Assembly (NCBI RefSeq): GCF_000829235.1
Contig: NZ_AP012549.1
Coordinates: 690,001-722,000, forward strand
Direction of reading: 5' to 3'
Source of the DNA: a cyanobacterium endosymbiont of Epithemia turgida isolate EtSB Lake Yunoko
GTDB taxonomy: Bacteria; Cyanobacteriota; Cyanobacteriia; Cyanobacteriales; Microcystaceae
Length of the DNA: 32,000 nucleotides
Each line of letters begins with the position of its first letter. The first letter of the stretch is position 1. Positions 1 to 8,749 of this stretch are shown here, one piece after another. The position numbers and the translations under genes are program-made. The notes beneath the pieces are model-generated. The model was given only the letters and a program-made list of their open reading frames with translations, did not search any database and was not told where the DNA came from.

Positions 1-690
1 TCGATGGACGCTGGTTGATTCTCGCTCGTTCAGCTTCTGTTCTGTCTATCTTTCTGACTGGGCAAAGGACATCGTTGTTACTGTCGACTCGAACCAAGAA
101 CTCCAAAGCAAGATTGTTTAAAATTTCGTTCCTCTTACTCACCATCAAGCAATTCCAGGCGTCTTGTCTACGACGAAATTTTTGGTATGCTTCAAGGAGA
201 AAAAGCTCAGTGCATGGCAGCTTCTGTGTTCGGTTCTATGCAACAAGTTGCAGGTTCAATGATCAGTCCCTACATTCATAAAGAAAAAGTGGTTAGTTCT
301 TATATCTTTCCTTCCAGTATTGGAATGTGAGCAATTCCTCCCGCTCCTAGTGTGAATGTATCTAGTATATTTGGTGTGGGGTTAGGAGTTCCTGTTTTTA
401 CACTGCCCGGGTATTCCCGTAAGTTCTTGTTATTAGCTGGTGCTGAGTTAATTGTTTATGGATCTACTAAACCTGATGCTACTGTTAGCATTGGTGGTTA
501 TTCTATTGGATTTAATTCTGATGGTATTTTCCGTTTCCAGATGTCTTGATAAGATGGTTTGATTGACTATCCTATAGTGGCTGTAGCTGTTAATGGAGAA
601 CAAACCCGTTCTATCCATATGAAGTTTAATCGTGAAACTCTTAAGTGTCATGCTAATTTTAAGCAAAAAGCAGTTTTGGAGTGTCTTTAA
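1..690 (+). pseudogene. Degraded gene for a DUF4912-like conserved cyanobacterial protein; 5' end lies outside the window
   Basis: The coding signal changes frame. Frame 2 is open over 2-118. Frame 1 carries ...RRLVYDEIFGMLQGEKAQ... and is cut by TGA at 328-330. It then reads AELIVYGSTKPDATVSIGGYSIGFNSDGIFRFQMS, hits an in-frame TGA-TAA at 547-552, and continues DGLIDYPIVAVAVNGEQTRSIHMKFNRET to a TAA at 688-690. The double stop splits one contiguous conserved module. The family name is from memory. Confidence 0.55.
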
Positions 691-882
691 ATCTAGTCTA
701 TAACTCGAGACAATAATTGCTTTTTTAAGCATTCTTAAAAGTTTGCCAACTTGATTGCTCCTGATGAGTTTGTCGGGAGCTTATTTTCTAATAATAGAGA
801 AATCCTTAATTTTTTAGAAAGAACGTTACCCCCCCCAAAAGTTCTATACTAGAATAGAATAAATATTAACTTTCTTTAAGAG

Positions 883-1074
883 ATGTTGAGCCCAATTTTA
901 ATATTTGATGTGGCTTTAGTCGCCTGGTCACTCCACTTAATGCAAGAAGCAATTGACCAACAAGAATTTTCCTTAATGCTAGCAGGAACTTTAGTAGCCA
1001 TGTCTGCTGCAGCAATGCTAGTAGTCTATTTTCTGATGGGCAAGTGTTTAAGCTATTTAATTCAACTCCATTAG
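883..1074 (+). CDS. Hypothetical small membrane protein (63 aa, two hydrophobic segments)
   Basis: ATG-initiated ORF with two hydrophobic stretches (PILIFDVALVAWSL and LAGTLVAMSAAAMLVVYFL). The Shine-Dalgarno context is poor and I recognise no family. The overlapping antisense ORF 866-1099 looks spurious. Confidence 0.3.
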   Translation: MLSPILIFDVALVAWSLHLMQEAIDQQEFSLMLAGTLVAMSAAAMLVVYFLMGKCLSYLIQLH

Positions 1075-1346
1075 GTTTCCTAAAAATAGTACAAATCAAT
1101 AAATCTGAATATAATCAACAACATACAAACAGAATAAAAAAATAAATATTTTTTCTTCTTCTATTATCATAAAAGTTGATTGTACAACATATATTTTATG
1201 TTTGATTTATAGTGTTGCACTTCAATTAAATAACTCAAAAAAATCTCTAAAATTTTCTCTAGTAGGGTGTAGTCGTTGAAATTAAATCTCAAGAATTTTG
1301 AATAGGACTTAAAATAATAATCTCCAATAATCAAGATTTAATCCTA

Positions 1347-3317
1347 ATGAAATTGCCCGATCAACGATGGCAAGTTGCTGTTCCTAATCCCAAACAAGTC
1401 GAGCAACTGATCAAAACAACAAAACTACCACCTTTAATTGCCCAAGTTATTATTAATCGGGGTATTGAGAGTTCCAATGCTATTGAAATCTACCTCAGTC
1501 CTGAAACTCAAACTCTTCCTTCACCTTTAGAGGAATTCCCTGATTTAGAGATCAGTGTAAAATTATTAAAAGATGCGATTACCACAGAGAAAAAAATCGT
1601 TATTTGTGGGGACTATGATGCTGATGGTATGACTAGTACTGCCTTATTATTGCGTGCTCTCACCCACTTGGGGGCTGATGTTCACTATAAAATTCCCAAT
1701 CGGATAAAAGATGGTTATGGCATTAATGAACATATTGTAGAAGCCTGTGCTAATGAAGGAGTAGGGTTGATTTTAACAGTTGACAATGGCATTACAGCTT
1801 GTAAACCGATTCAACGAGCTATAGAATTGGGGTTAAGTGTTATTATCACTGATCATCATAATCTCCCTAAAAAATTACCTCCAGCCGATGCGATTCTTAA
1901 TCCAAAATTACTTCGAGAAACTTCTCCTTATTGTGGATTAGCAGGAGTCGGAGTAGCATATATTTTGGCAGTAACAATAGCTCAAAGTTTTGGGTTACTC
2001 AAGGGTTTAGTAAATCCATTATTAGAATTATTCACATTAGGAACTATAGCAGATCTAGTCCCCCTTGTTGGTGTAAACCGACGTTGGTTAAAACGGGGTT
2101 TAAGGAAGCTTCCCCACTCAAAATTAGCAGGAGTTCAAGCGCTCATGCAGGTTACCGGAATCAGTGAAGAACAAAAACAACTTAAACCCGATGATATTGG
2201 CTTTCGATTAGGACCAAGAATTAACGCAGTAGGACGTATTGGCGAGCCTCAAATAGCGATTGAATTATTGACTACTGATGATCCTAAAATCGCATTAGAA
2301 AGAGCGATGCAATGTGAGCAAATTAACAACAAACGTAAGTCCATATGTGAAAAAATTGAATTAGAAGCTATTCATTTAATAGAAAATACTCCAATCCTTT
2401 GGAAACGTGACCGAGTTTTAGTGGTGATCAAATCTCAATGGCATCATGGGGTTATTGGCATTGTAGCTTCCCGTTTAGTAGAACGTTACGGAGTTCCTGT
2501 TTTTATCGGAACCTATGAAGAAAACTCTAGTAAAATTAGAGGGTCTGCACGAGGAATTAAAGAGTTTAATATAGTTGAAGGATTGGATTTTTGTCAAGAT
2601 ATTTTAGAAAAATATGGAGGACATAAAGCAGCAGGTGGCTTCAGTTTATCAGCTAGCAAATTAGAGGCTTTCAAACAAAGATTAAGCACCTTCGCCCATC
2701 AATGCTTAAAAACTCAACATCTCAAACCTTTAGTAATAATTGATGCTCAGGCTAATTTTAAAGAATTAACTACTAATTTATATCAGTCCATTGATCAACT
2801 TCAACCTTTGGGAATTGGCAATCCTTTCCCTGTTTTTTGGACTCCTAATATTTATATTGTTAAGCAAAGAATAGTAGGTAAAAATCATATTAAGTTAGAA
2901 ATTTCTCAAAATGATTATAATCAAACAGAGATATATGCAATTGCTTGGCGTTGGGGCGAGTATTTTCCCTTACCTAAACGAGTTGATATTGCTTATAAAC
3001 TAACAGAAAATGACTGGAATGGTAATTCAAAAATTGAGTTAGACATTGTAGGAATACGATTACCATCATATCCTTTGTCTGCTTCTGATCAGAAATCAGA
3101 AATCTTTCAATATCAAGGGCGAAACTATCGATGTAGTTTTTCTGCCACGGAGAAGAAATTAAAAATTAGAAATGATCAAGGAAAGGTGTTAGCCGTTAAA
3201 AGAGGAGAAAGACAAGGGTTTTTAGGAACAACGCGGGAAAATTTGCAGAACGTCGATATTACTCAGCAACGTTACTTTGATTTAATTAAAATAGCCATGG
3301 AGGTTTTAGGTTTATGA
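1347..3317 (+). CDS. recJ: Single-stranded-DNA-specific exonuclease RecJ
   Basis: 656-aa ORF carrying DHH-family motifs (VICGDYDADGMTSTA, LILTVDNGI, IITDHHNLP) and the DHHA1-type GGHKAAGG motif, followed by a C-terminal OB-like extension. Confidence 0.9.
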   Translation: MKLPDQRWQVAVPNPKQVEQLIKTTKLPPLIAQVIINRGIESSNAIEIYLSPETQTLPSPLEEFPDLEISVKLLKDAITTEKKIVICGDYDADGMTSTALLLRALTHLGADVHYKIPNRIKDGYGINEHIVEACANEGVGLILTVDNGITACKPIQRAIELGLSVIITDHHNLPKKLPPADAILNPKLLRETSPYCGLAGVGVAYILAVTIAQSFGLLKGLVNPLLELFTLGTIADLVPLVGVNRRWLKRGLRKLPHSKLAGVQALMQVTGISEEQKQLKPDDIGFRLGPRINAVGRIGEPQIAIELLTTDDPKIALERAMQCEQINNKRKSICEKIELEAIHLIENTPILWKRDRVLVVIKSQWHHGVIGIVASRLVERYGVPVFIGTYEENSSKIRGSARGIKEFNIVEGLDFCQDILEKYGGHKAAGGFSLSASKLEAFKQRLSTFAHQCLKTQHLKPLVIIDAQANFKELTTNLYQSIDQLQPLGIGNPFPVFWTPNIYIVKQRIVGKNHIKLEISQNDYNQTEIYAIAWRWGEYFPLPKRVDIAYKLTENDWNGNSKIELDIVGIRLPSYPLSASDQKSEIFQYQGRNYRCSFSATEKKLKIRNDQGKVLAVKRGERQGFLGTTRENLQNVDITQQRYFDLIKIAMEVLGL

Positions 3318-3790
3318 ACCTCAAATTTACCCTAATTTTTTGAGTGAGATAGCTTAATTATCATTTTTTATCATTCAAATTGTAGAAAAAATACACAGAT
3401 AACAAATTATTAATCAATAAAGTATATTTTAAAATTAGAATTTAGGTTTTGTATGAAAAAATAGTAAATAAATTTTAAAATATCAACTTACCGAATACTT
3501 ATAGATGATAGTAGGTTGTGTTTAAATCTACGTATAAGTCAATTTATTTAAAAATAAAAACATAAAGAAGTTTACTTTTGAGTGTAAGTCAAACCATCTG
3601 AATTAGAATTACTAATTAACTACTCTGATCAGTTGTTTTCTTAAGAATATTGCGACCCATTGAACTAGATAAAAAAGGTTGACAAACCCTATGACCATAT
3701 GGGTAAAAAATACGTAAAGCTATTGCGGTTCAGTCTTTTAAATCGGCTTTTAAATGGGTAAAGCTAACCGATTATCCTAGTGAATATACT

Positions 3791-4083
3791 ATGCTCAATA
3801 ATAATCTCACTGACGCTCTACAATCTCTTCCAAGTGTCATCCGGTATAAAATAATTTGAAAGCTCTAGCTGCATACAATAAGGCGTTAAAGGTTTGTACT
3901 CCTCAAAATACTCCTGTTGAATAGGCTCACACTATTTCAAATAAGGCAAACGTTTTATTGAATTTAGCTGATGATGTTGAGCATCCTGAGAAGGGCAATC
4001 AAAATAATATGATGGAAGCTAAAACTTACTATTTAAAAGCCCAAGGAGCATTTAGTCAATACGGACAATGGGAACGAGTATAA
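3791..4083 (+). pseudogene. TPR-repeat protein remnant
   Basis: Translation gives ALAAYNKALKVCTPQNTPVE*AHTISNKANVLLNLADDVEHPEKGNQNNMMEAKTYYLKAQGAFSQYGQWERV*. This is a TPR-like A-x-x-Y-x-x-A-L helix pattern with an in-frame TAG. The upstream ATG segment (3791-3858) sits in a different frame. Confidence 0.45.
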
Positions 4084-4162
4084 ATCATGAAAAACGCTTT
4101 ACAAAATATAGAGGTATAATTAGAAAGTTGGTAATTTAATTTCTCTAAGGAACGTAATTAAA

Positions 4163-4432
4163 ATGACTGAAATTTTAGGTGACTTAGGAACAGATACAAG
4201 CCTTCATAGTTTTTTTGTAAACCTAATGATGGGAGAGATAACCCTAGTAACAGGCTTACTCTGGTTAGTAGTAGCTGCTATCATTTCTGTTGTTGGTGGA
4301 GCTATGGGTGGAGTGTTATTGGCGGGGAAGGATATTGGCTATCAATTGTCTGCCATGTTGGGTAGTTTATTTGGTCCTGCTGGAGTTATTCCAGCTGTTG
4401 CCGTTGGACTTATTTTGTTGAGATTAATGTAG
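4163..4432 (+). CDS. Hypothetical glycine-rich small membrane protein (89 aa)
   Basis: Intact ATG ORF with an AAGGA upstream. It has two Gly/Ala-rich hydrophobic helices (LLWLVVAAIISVVGGAMGGVLLAG and LFGPAGVIPAVAVGLILL). The next ORF starts 12 nt downstream. Confidence 0.55.
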   Translation: MTEILGDLGTDTSLHSFFVNLMMGEITLVTGLLWLVVAAIISVVGGAMGGVLLAGKDIGYQLSAMLGSLFGPAGVIPAVAVGLILLRLM

Positions 4433-4444
4433 GAGTTACAGATA

Positions 4445-4666
4445 ATGTTAAAACTTACCTGGTATAGTGCGAAATTGTTTTTTAAAGGAAAATTAATTCG
4501 TGACACTGGATATTTTTACAAACAATACGCTTTAGGGTTTTTTATCGGACTATTGTTATTAGTCGGATTGTCTAAAATGGAGGTTAATTTAGCTTTGGCT
4601 ATTACAGTGTCTAGTCTAGTGACAGGGATGCTTATGCCTTTTTTGTTTAAAGATATAAAAATGTAA
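4445..4666 (+). CDS. Hypothetical small membrane protein (73 aa)
   Basis: Intact ATG ORF preceded by AGGAG about 10 nt upstream. It has two hydrophobic helices and appears to be co-transcribed with 4163-4432. Confidence 0.5.
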   Translation: MLKLTWYSAKLFFKGKLIRDTGYFYKQYALGFFIGLLLLVGLSKMEVNLALAITVSSLVTGMLMPFLFKDIKM

Positions 4667-4689
4667 TGATTTTCCACATTGAGTTATTC

Positions 4690-4733
4690 AGATTCTATAG
4701 TGGCTAGCTATTAACTATTCACTATAGAATTTT
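4690..4733 (+). terminator. Possible intrinsic terminator after the two-gene membrane cassette
   Basis: An 11-bp perfect stem, attctatagtg (4692-4702) with cactatagaat (4720-4730), plus possible flanking G-U and A-T pairs, followed by TTT. The 17-nt loop is large and the T-run is short, so this is a weak call. Confidence 0.3.
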
Positions 4734-4933
4734 AACTGTTGATATATAAATAAATCTATCTCCACATCAGGACAAGTGAAGATATTAAAAAGCCTAGCAA
4801 AAGAAATTAGTCCCTGTGAGCAAATAACATCTTAATGGGATAAAAATCAGAAGGTGATTGTTAAAAGGTACAGTAAAAGAATCACATCAAGAAAAGGTTA
4901 ACTCGTATAGTTCCTAGAATTAAACAAAAATCA

Positions 4934-5239
4934 ATGGATATATTGCGCCATGCAGTTGAGGGTAAAATTGTTTATAGATTATTACGTTATAATCAATTAA
5001 TTAAACCTCTAACTCCGCTCTTAGAAGAACGTATTCGAAAAACATTATAAGCTGTTCAATTAAGAGCAAAAAGTCATAATGAAAATATAGAATTGGTGGC
5101 GATTGAACTACCTAATAGTGTCAAAGTTCAATTGATTCGGACTTGTAAGAATTGTGCAACTTCTAGCCTAACCCCAAAACAGGAGTTAAACAGGTGATAA
5201 AAACTTATTGTCGTAAAATCACGTCCTATCAGTGAATAA
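4934..5239 (+). pseudogene. nfu: NifU C-terminal-domain (Nfu-type Fe-S scaffold) pseudogene
   Basis: A single frame reads ...LTPLLEERIRKTL*AVQLRAKSHNENIELVAIELPNSVKVQLIRTCKNCATSSLTPKQELNR**KLIVVKSRPISE*. This aligns with the Nfu pattern (GGNVELVEI.G..VKLRLQGACGSCPSSTMTLK.GIERKL) and the CxxC motif is retained as CKNC. The in-frame stops are at 5048-5050 (TAA), 5195-5197 (TGA) and 5198-5200 (TAA). Confidence 0.65.
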
Positions 5240-5316
5240 CTCTACAATAGTTAATTGTTAAGAATAACAGCTGTTTAAGTGGTTCATTTTCTTCATTCTA
5301 AGATAGAGGTTAGACA

Positions 5317-5619
5317 TTTTGAACAACTATTGACGAGATATTCAATCGAAGAATTTCACCGCTGTAAATTTAAGGATTAACGTTGATTTGAACCAGACAA
5401 CATGAGCAAGTAATTGTGCATAGTAATAGTTGTAATCATGTAACGATGCCCTTAGAAATTAAAAAAGTTGAAAATGGTATTTTAACCTGCTTATATCATG
5501 AATTTAAATATCGCTTAGCTAAAGAACAATGTTTAACGGCACTAGAAATATCTCTGGAAGCTTATTCCGTTAAACAATATGGATATCGCGTGTTAGTTCA
5601 AGTTTCTTCGGAGAAATGA
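5317..5619 (+). pseudogene. Small Rieske [2Fe-2S]-domain protein, N-terminally disrupted
   Basis: ORF 5416-5619 carries an exact Rieske motif, C-N-H-x16-C-L-Y-H (SCNHVTMPLEIKKVENGILTCLYH), but only about 10 residues precede it before a TGA at 5389-5391. Remnants of the N-terminal strand (FTAVNLRINVDLNQTT*ASNCA) lie upstream in another frame. A local near-duplication, agtaattgtgcat / agtaatagttgtaatcat, sits at the junction. Confidence 0.5.
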
Positions 5620-5634
5620 CATAAGCTGTTCAGA

Positions 5635-6085
5635 TTAAACTTTCTTGTGTTTGCTGACAAATTTTTCTTTAACAAATATATTCTTGGGGTCATAAATAAT
5701 AATATACTACCAAATAAGTTCCCCCTACTGCGACAAGAATTTATCTCCGAGTAAATTTAAAATATGAGGGTATTTGTTGGCTAATTCCGTATTTAAAATT
5801 TCATCATGGGTCAGATTCTAAGGATTAACCAAATTTCCCTGTCCATCGATACAAACCATTAATATCTACAAACAGAGTATCAGAAAGATAATAATTTAAG
5901 ACATAAAGCCTTTCGTCCTACTTCGTTTTATTCATCTCAAATTAAAAATCTCTTATACCTATAAGTATTTTAAGTGAAAAATATAATGTATGAAGTTTTA
6001 GATAAGTTACGTTAACGACATCGTGGTCTACTCTACCGAAAATTCGTAACTATTCCGATCCCCTTCTCTTTATCATAAAGATGAT
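5635..6085 (-). pseudogene. Amidohydrolase (dihydroorotase-like) C-terminal remnant
   Basis: The reverse strand reads in one frame MVCIDGQGNLVNP*NLTHDEILNTELANKYPHILNLLGDKFLSQ*GELIW*YIIIYDPKNIFVKEKFVSKHKKV*. This resembles the dihydroorotase C-terminus (..NPA.ilgl..G.L..G..ADi.i.D......v....f.SK.KN). A further upstream piece, KGIGIVTNF, may correspond to the I..I.TDH motif. There are three in-frame stops and the N-terminal two-thirds of the gene is absent. The assignment is weak. Confidence 0.3.
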
Positions 6086-6110
6086 TGGAAAAAAGATTTA
6101 AGGAGCAACG

Positions 6111-6377
6111 ATGACGCAACCACCAAAACTACATACAGTAAACTATTCGTATAATTAGCAAAACAGTTCACTGTTCCAACGTCTTTAAGAAATAGTGGCT
6201 ATTGTCGAAACCCTAGGTTTTGATTGTAAAGACAATACTTATGACTTGCTGTCTTTATTATGCATTTTAGAAACTTTACACCGAAAAATCCGATCTAACC
6301 TTTTCGAACCTTCTTTGCCCAATACTCGTAATAAATTATATGAAGTTTTAAAAACCATTAAAGAAAAGGGAGGTTAG
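6111..6377 (+). pseudogene. Unidentified small gene interrupted by two in-frame stop codons
   Basis: A strong AAGGAG lies 5 nt upstream of the ATG at 6111. The frame reads MTQPPKLHTVNYSYN*(TAG 6156-6158)QNSSLFQRL*(TAA 6186-6188)EIVAIVETLGFDCKDNTYDLLSLLCILETLHRKIRSNLFEPSLPNTRNKLYEVLKTIKEKGG*. The ORF-track entry 6195-6377 is the tail of this frame. Confidence 0.5.
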
Positions 6378-6586
6378 CCTTATATTTAACGAATAAAACT
6401 GCAAAAATTCCCTAATTATTGTCCCAATTCGACCTCTTCCTAAATTTTGAAAATGGCGAGAGAAAGACTCTAAAATTAGATATTTGACTTCCACTGAGTG
6501 ACTTATTTTTCCTTGTCTTGGCAAAGAAGTCTTTACAAGGGACAATAGATTGCAGTTACTATATCAATTAAATTTAAGTCTCTTTT

Positions 6587-7324
6587 GTGGATAAAATTCG
6601 TACTGTTTCGGATACTAAACGGGATTTCTACACCCATCACGCCCGACCCATAAACTCTGTTTACCGCCGTTTTATTGAAGAGTTGTTGGTAGAGATACAC
6701 CTGCTCTCAGTTAATGTAGATTTTCGTTACGATCCTATTTATGCTCTAGGGGTTGTCACTTCTTTTGAGCGTTTTGTTCAAGGATATCAACCCCAAAAAG
6801 ACAAAGACTCTATTTTTTCAGCGTTGTGTTATTCAGTTGGAGGCAATGCTGAACAATATCTACAAGAAGCTCAAACTCTTTTAGCTCAGGTTAAAGGAAT
6901 GTCAGTGTCAGATTTCAGGGAAATTCTTAAAGCTGCTAGTTCACAAGTTCCTGACAATAGAACATTGTGTGAAATTTTTCAAGCAATTGCTCAAAATTCT
7001 CGGTTTAAATATAGTCGTCTGTTTACGGTAGGTTTATATACTCTAATAATGGAACTTGCTCCTGATTTAGTCACAAATCAGGAGCAAAGCAACCTAATTT
7101 TTAGTCAAATAGCTGAAGTGCTTCATTTATCTCCAGAAAAACTCCAAAAAGACTTAGATCTCTATCGTAGTAATCTCGATAAAATAGAACAGTTACTTGC
7201 TGTTGTTGAAGATGCCCTCAAAGCAGAACAAAAAAAACAAAAAAAAGTAACACAACAAACACAGACAACTAATTTTTCCGTTAATTCAGACAATGATTCT
7301 AAGGATGATTTGAATAACTCATAA
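6587..7324 (+). CDS. thf1: Thylakoid formation protein Thf1 (Psb29)
   Basis: 245-aa ORF with a GTG start. The N-terminus, RTVSDTKRDFYTHHARPINSVYRRFIEELLVEIHLLSVNVDFRYDPIYALGVVTSFERFVQGYQP, and the DLDLYRSNLDKIEQ motif match the cyanobacterial Thf1 I remember almost residue for residue. Confidence 0.88.
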   Translation: MDKIRTVSDTKRDFYTHHARPINSVYRRFIEELLVEIHLLSVNVDFRYDPIYALGVVTSFERFVQGYQPQKDKDSIFSALCYSVGGNAEQYLQEAQTLLAQVKGMSVSDFREILKAASSQVPDNRTLCEIFQAIAQNSRFKYSRLFTVGLYTLIMELAPDLVTNQEQSNLIFSQIAEVLHLSPEKLQKDLDLYRSNLDKIEQLLAVVEDALKAEQKKQKKVTQQTQTTNFSVNSDNDSKDDLNNS

Positions 7325-8099
7325 TGGATTTGTGCCAAAGTTTAGCTGGATTTAACTGAGAAAAAGGGAAAAGGGAATAGTTTAGAGAATTTGATAATCT
7401 TATTATCATCATATTATTGATATAAAACTCAAGTTATCAGTTTGGACTCTTTACTTTCTTCTAATCCCTAATTCTTGATTTATAATCCCCACTATAGCTA
7501 AAATTTAAAGACAAGAAAAAAGATTAACTTTCATAAAAGTTACTGATATATTTATCACTTTGTTGACGTTCTATATTAGTTACTAAATTAGCCTAAATTT
7601 CTTATATAATTAGGAGATCTTGATTAAGATTTTGGGATCTTTTGTCTAATTTTTAATAGAGATTCATAAGATAGAATACTCAAGAGATTTTGTAGATACA
7701 ATTTATATTTTATTTAATAATTTATGGATATTATCTATGGAAGTAACGGGTATTATTTTTTTATTTAAAACTGCTATGTTTTAGTTTGTTGATAAGTAGA
7801 TTTTTTAGAAAATACAAAAATAGACACTATATTTATAATAGTCAGTCAAAATCATAGTCTCGACTTTAAGGATTAAATAAATATTCTTAGCAAAATTTAT
7901 CTCCCATTGAGATTATTCTCAATAATCAGCAAACAATTGTTAATTTTTTTAAAAAAAAGTGCCGACTAGACTGAAGCTGACCCTAGCTGACAGTCAACTT
8001 CATTACAATAAACAATGATTACGCGACCAGCCCGAAGACTGAAAATCTAATCTTTTGGATCGAAGGGTGTGAGGAGACTAATTAAAGATTGTATTACTC

Positions 8100-8702
8100 A
8101 TGAATACCGCTCGAATTTCCCAGCTTATCCATTTGACTTACAGTTTACATCAATGGTTCCCAAAACTTATTTCTGACAGTCAACTTTGGTTGTTTTTAGT
8201 CATTTCCATTGTTGTAAGCCTTCCTTTGAAGAGTGTTTCTCAAAGTTTAGGAACTCTGCCCTTTCCCCCTCCTCTTCGAGTTCCTGAAAATGCAGTTCCT
8301 AATACTTCTACTGAACCAAGTTCTGAATTTAGTAGTTTTATTCCTGTTGAAGTAGTTCCAGCTAAACCTATGTCCCCTATGAGCGTTCGTGAATATACCT
8401 TTCAAGCTCCAACTAGCCACCCGTCTTCTGTCCCCGTCAGCCCTGTCACTCCTAGAAGCTCGGCTTCATCTTCCCAATCAAACAAGACTCCTAGTCTCTA
8501 TCGAGTAGAAGTCGTGGGTAAAAATACATTGCTTTTATCTCAGGTTCAAACTGTGGAACCTCTTGCGTTTATTCGTCAAAGTGAGGGGGTTATTCATGCA
8601 GGGATATTTAAACAATCCCAACAAGCTCAAAAAAGGGTTGTTGAATTGCAGCGCAAAGGGTTATCTGCAAGCGTCGTTCGAGTTTATGAAAGTAAACAAT
8701 GA
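8100..8702 (+). CDS. Hypothetical membrane-anchored Pro/Ser-rich protein with a SPOR-like C-terminal domain
   Basis: 200-aa ATG ORF with an N-terminal hydrophobic helix (LWLFLVISIVVSLPL) and a P/S-rich linker. The C-terminal segment YRVEVVGKNTLLLSQVQTVEPLAFIRQSEGVIHAGIFKQSQQAQKRVVELQRKGLSASVV follows the beta-alpha-beta pattern of SPOR-type domains. Confidence 0.55.
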   Translation: MNTARISQLIHLTYSLHQWFPKLISDSQLWLFLVISIVVSLPLKSVSQSLGTLPFPPPLRVPENAVPNTSTEPSSEFSSFIPVEVVPAKPMSPMSVREYTFQAPTSHPSSVPVSPVTPRSSASSSQSNKTPSLYRVEVVGKNTLLLSQVQTVEPLAFIRQSEGVIHAGIFKQSQQAQKRVVELQRKGLSASVVRVYESKQ

Positions 8703-8749
8703 CGTAATTAGATAGAAAACCATTGCAAATCAGCAGTCAATGTGTTGTC

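Noticed and set aside
15-281. 88-aa + strand ORF at the start of the window, and the 81-aa ORF at 10385-10630.
   Set aside because: Both are off-frame or antisense reads of pseudogenes: the DUF4912-like remnant and the minus-strand TPR remnant.
90-6310. TCGAACC/GGTTCGA strings (about 95-101 and about 6304-6310) that resemble tRNA T-loops.
   Set aside because: The flanking bases cannot form a T-arm stem or an acceptor stem. I found no cloverleaf anywhere in the window.
4670-6594. DnaA-box-like 9-mers: TTTTCCACA at 4670-4678, TGTGGATAA at 6586-6594, and cTATCCACA at about 9076-9084. These raised the possibility of a replication origin.
   Set aside because: They are isolated single boxes kilobases apart, and one overlaps the thf1 start codon. 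There is no cluster, no adjacent dnaA/dnaN, and such matches are expected by chance in AT-rich DNA.
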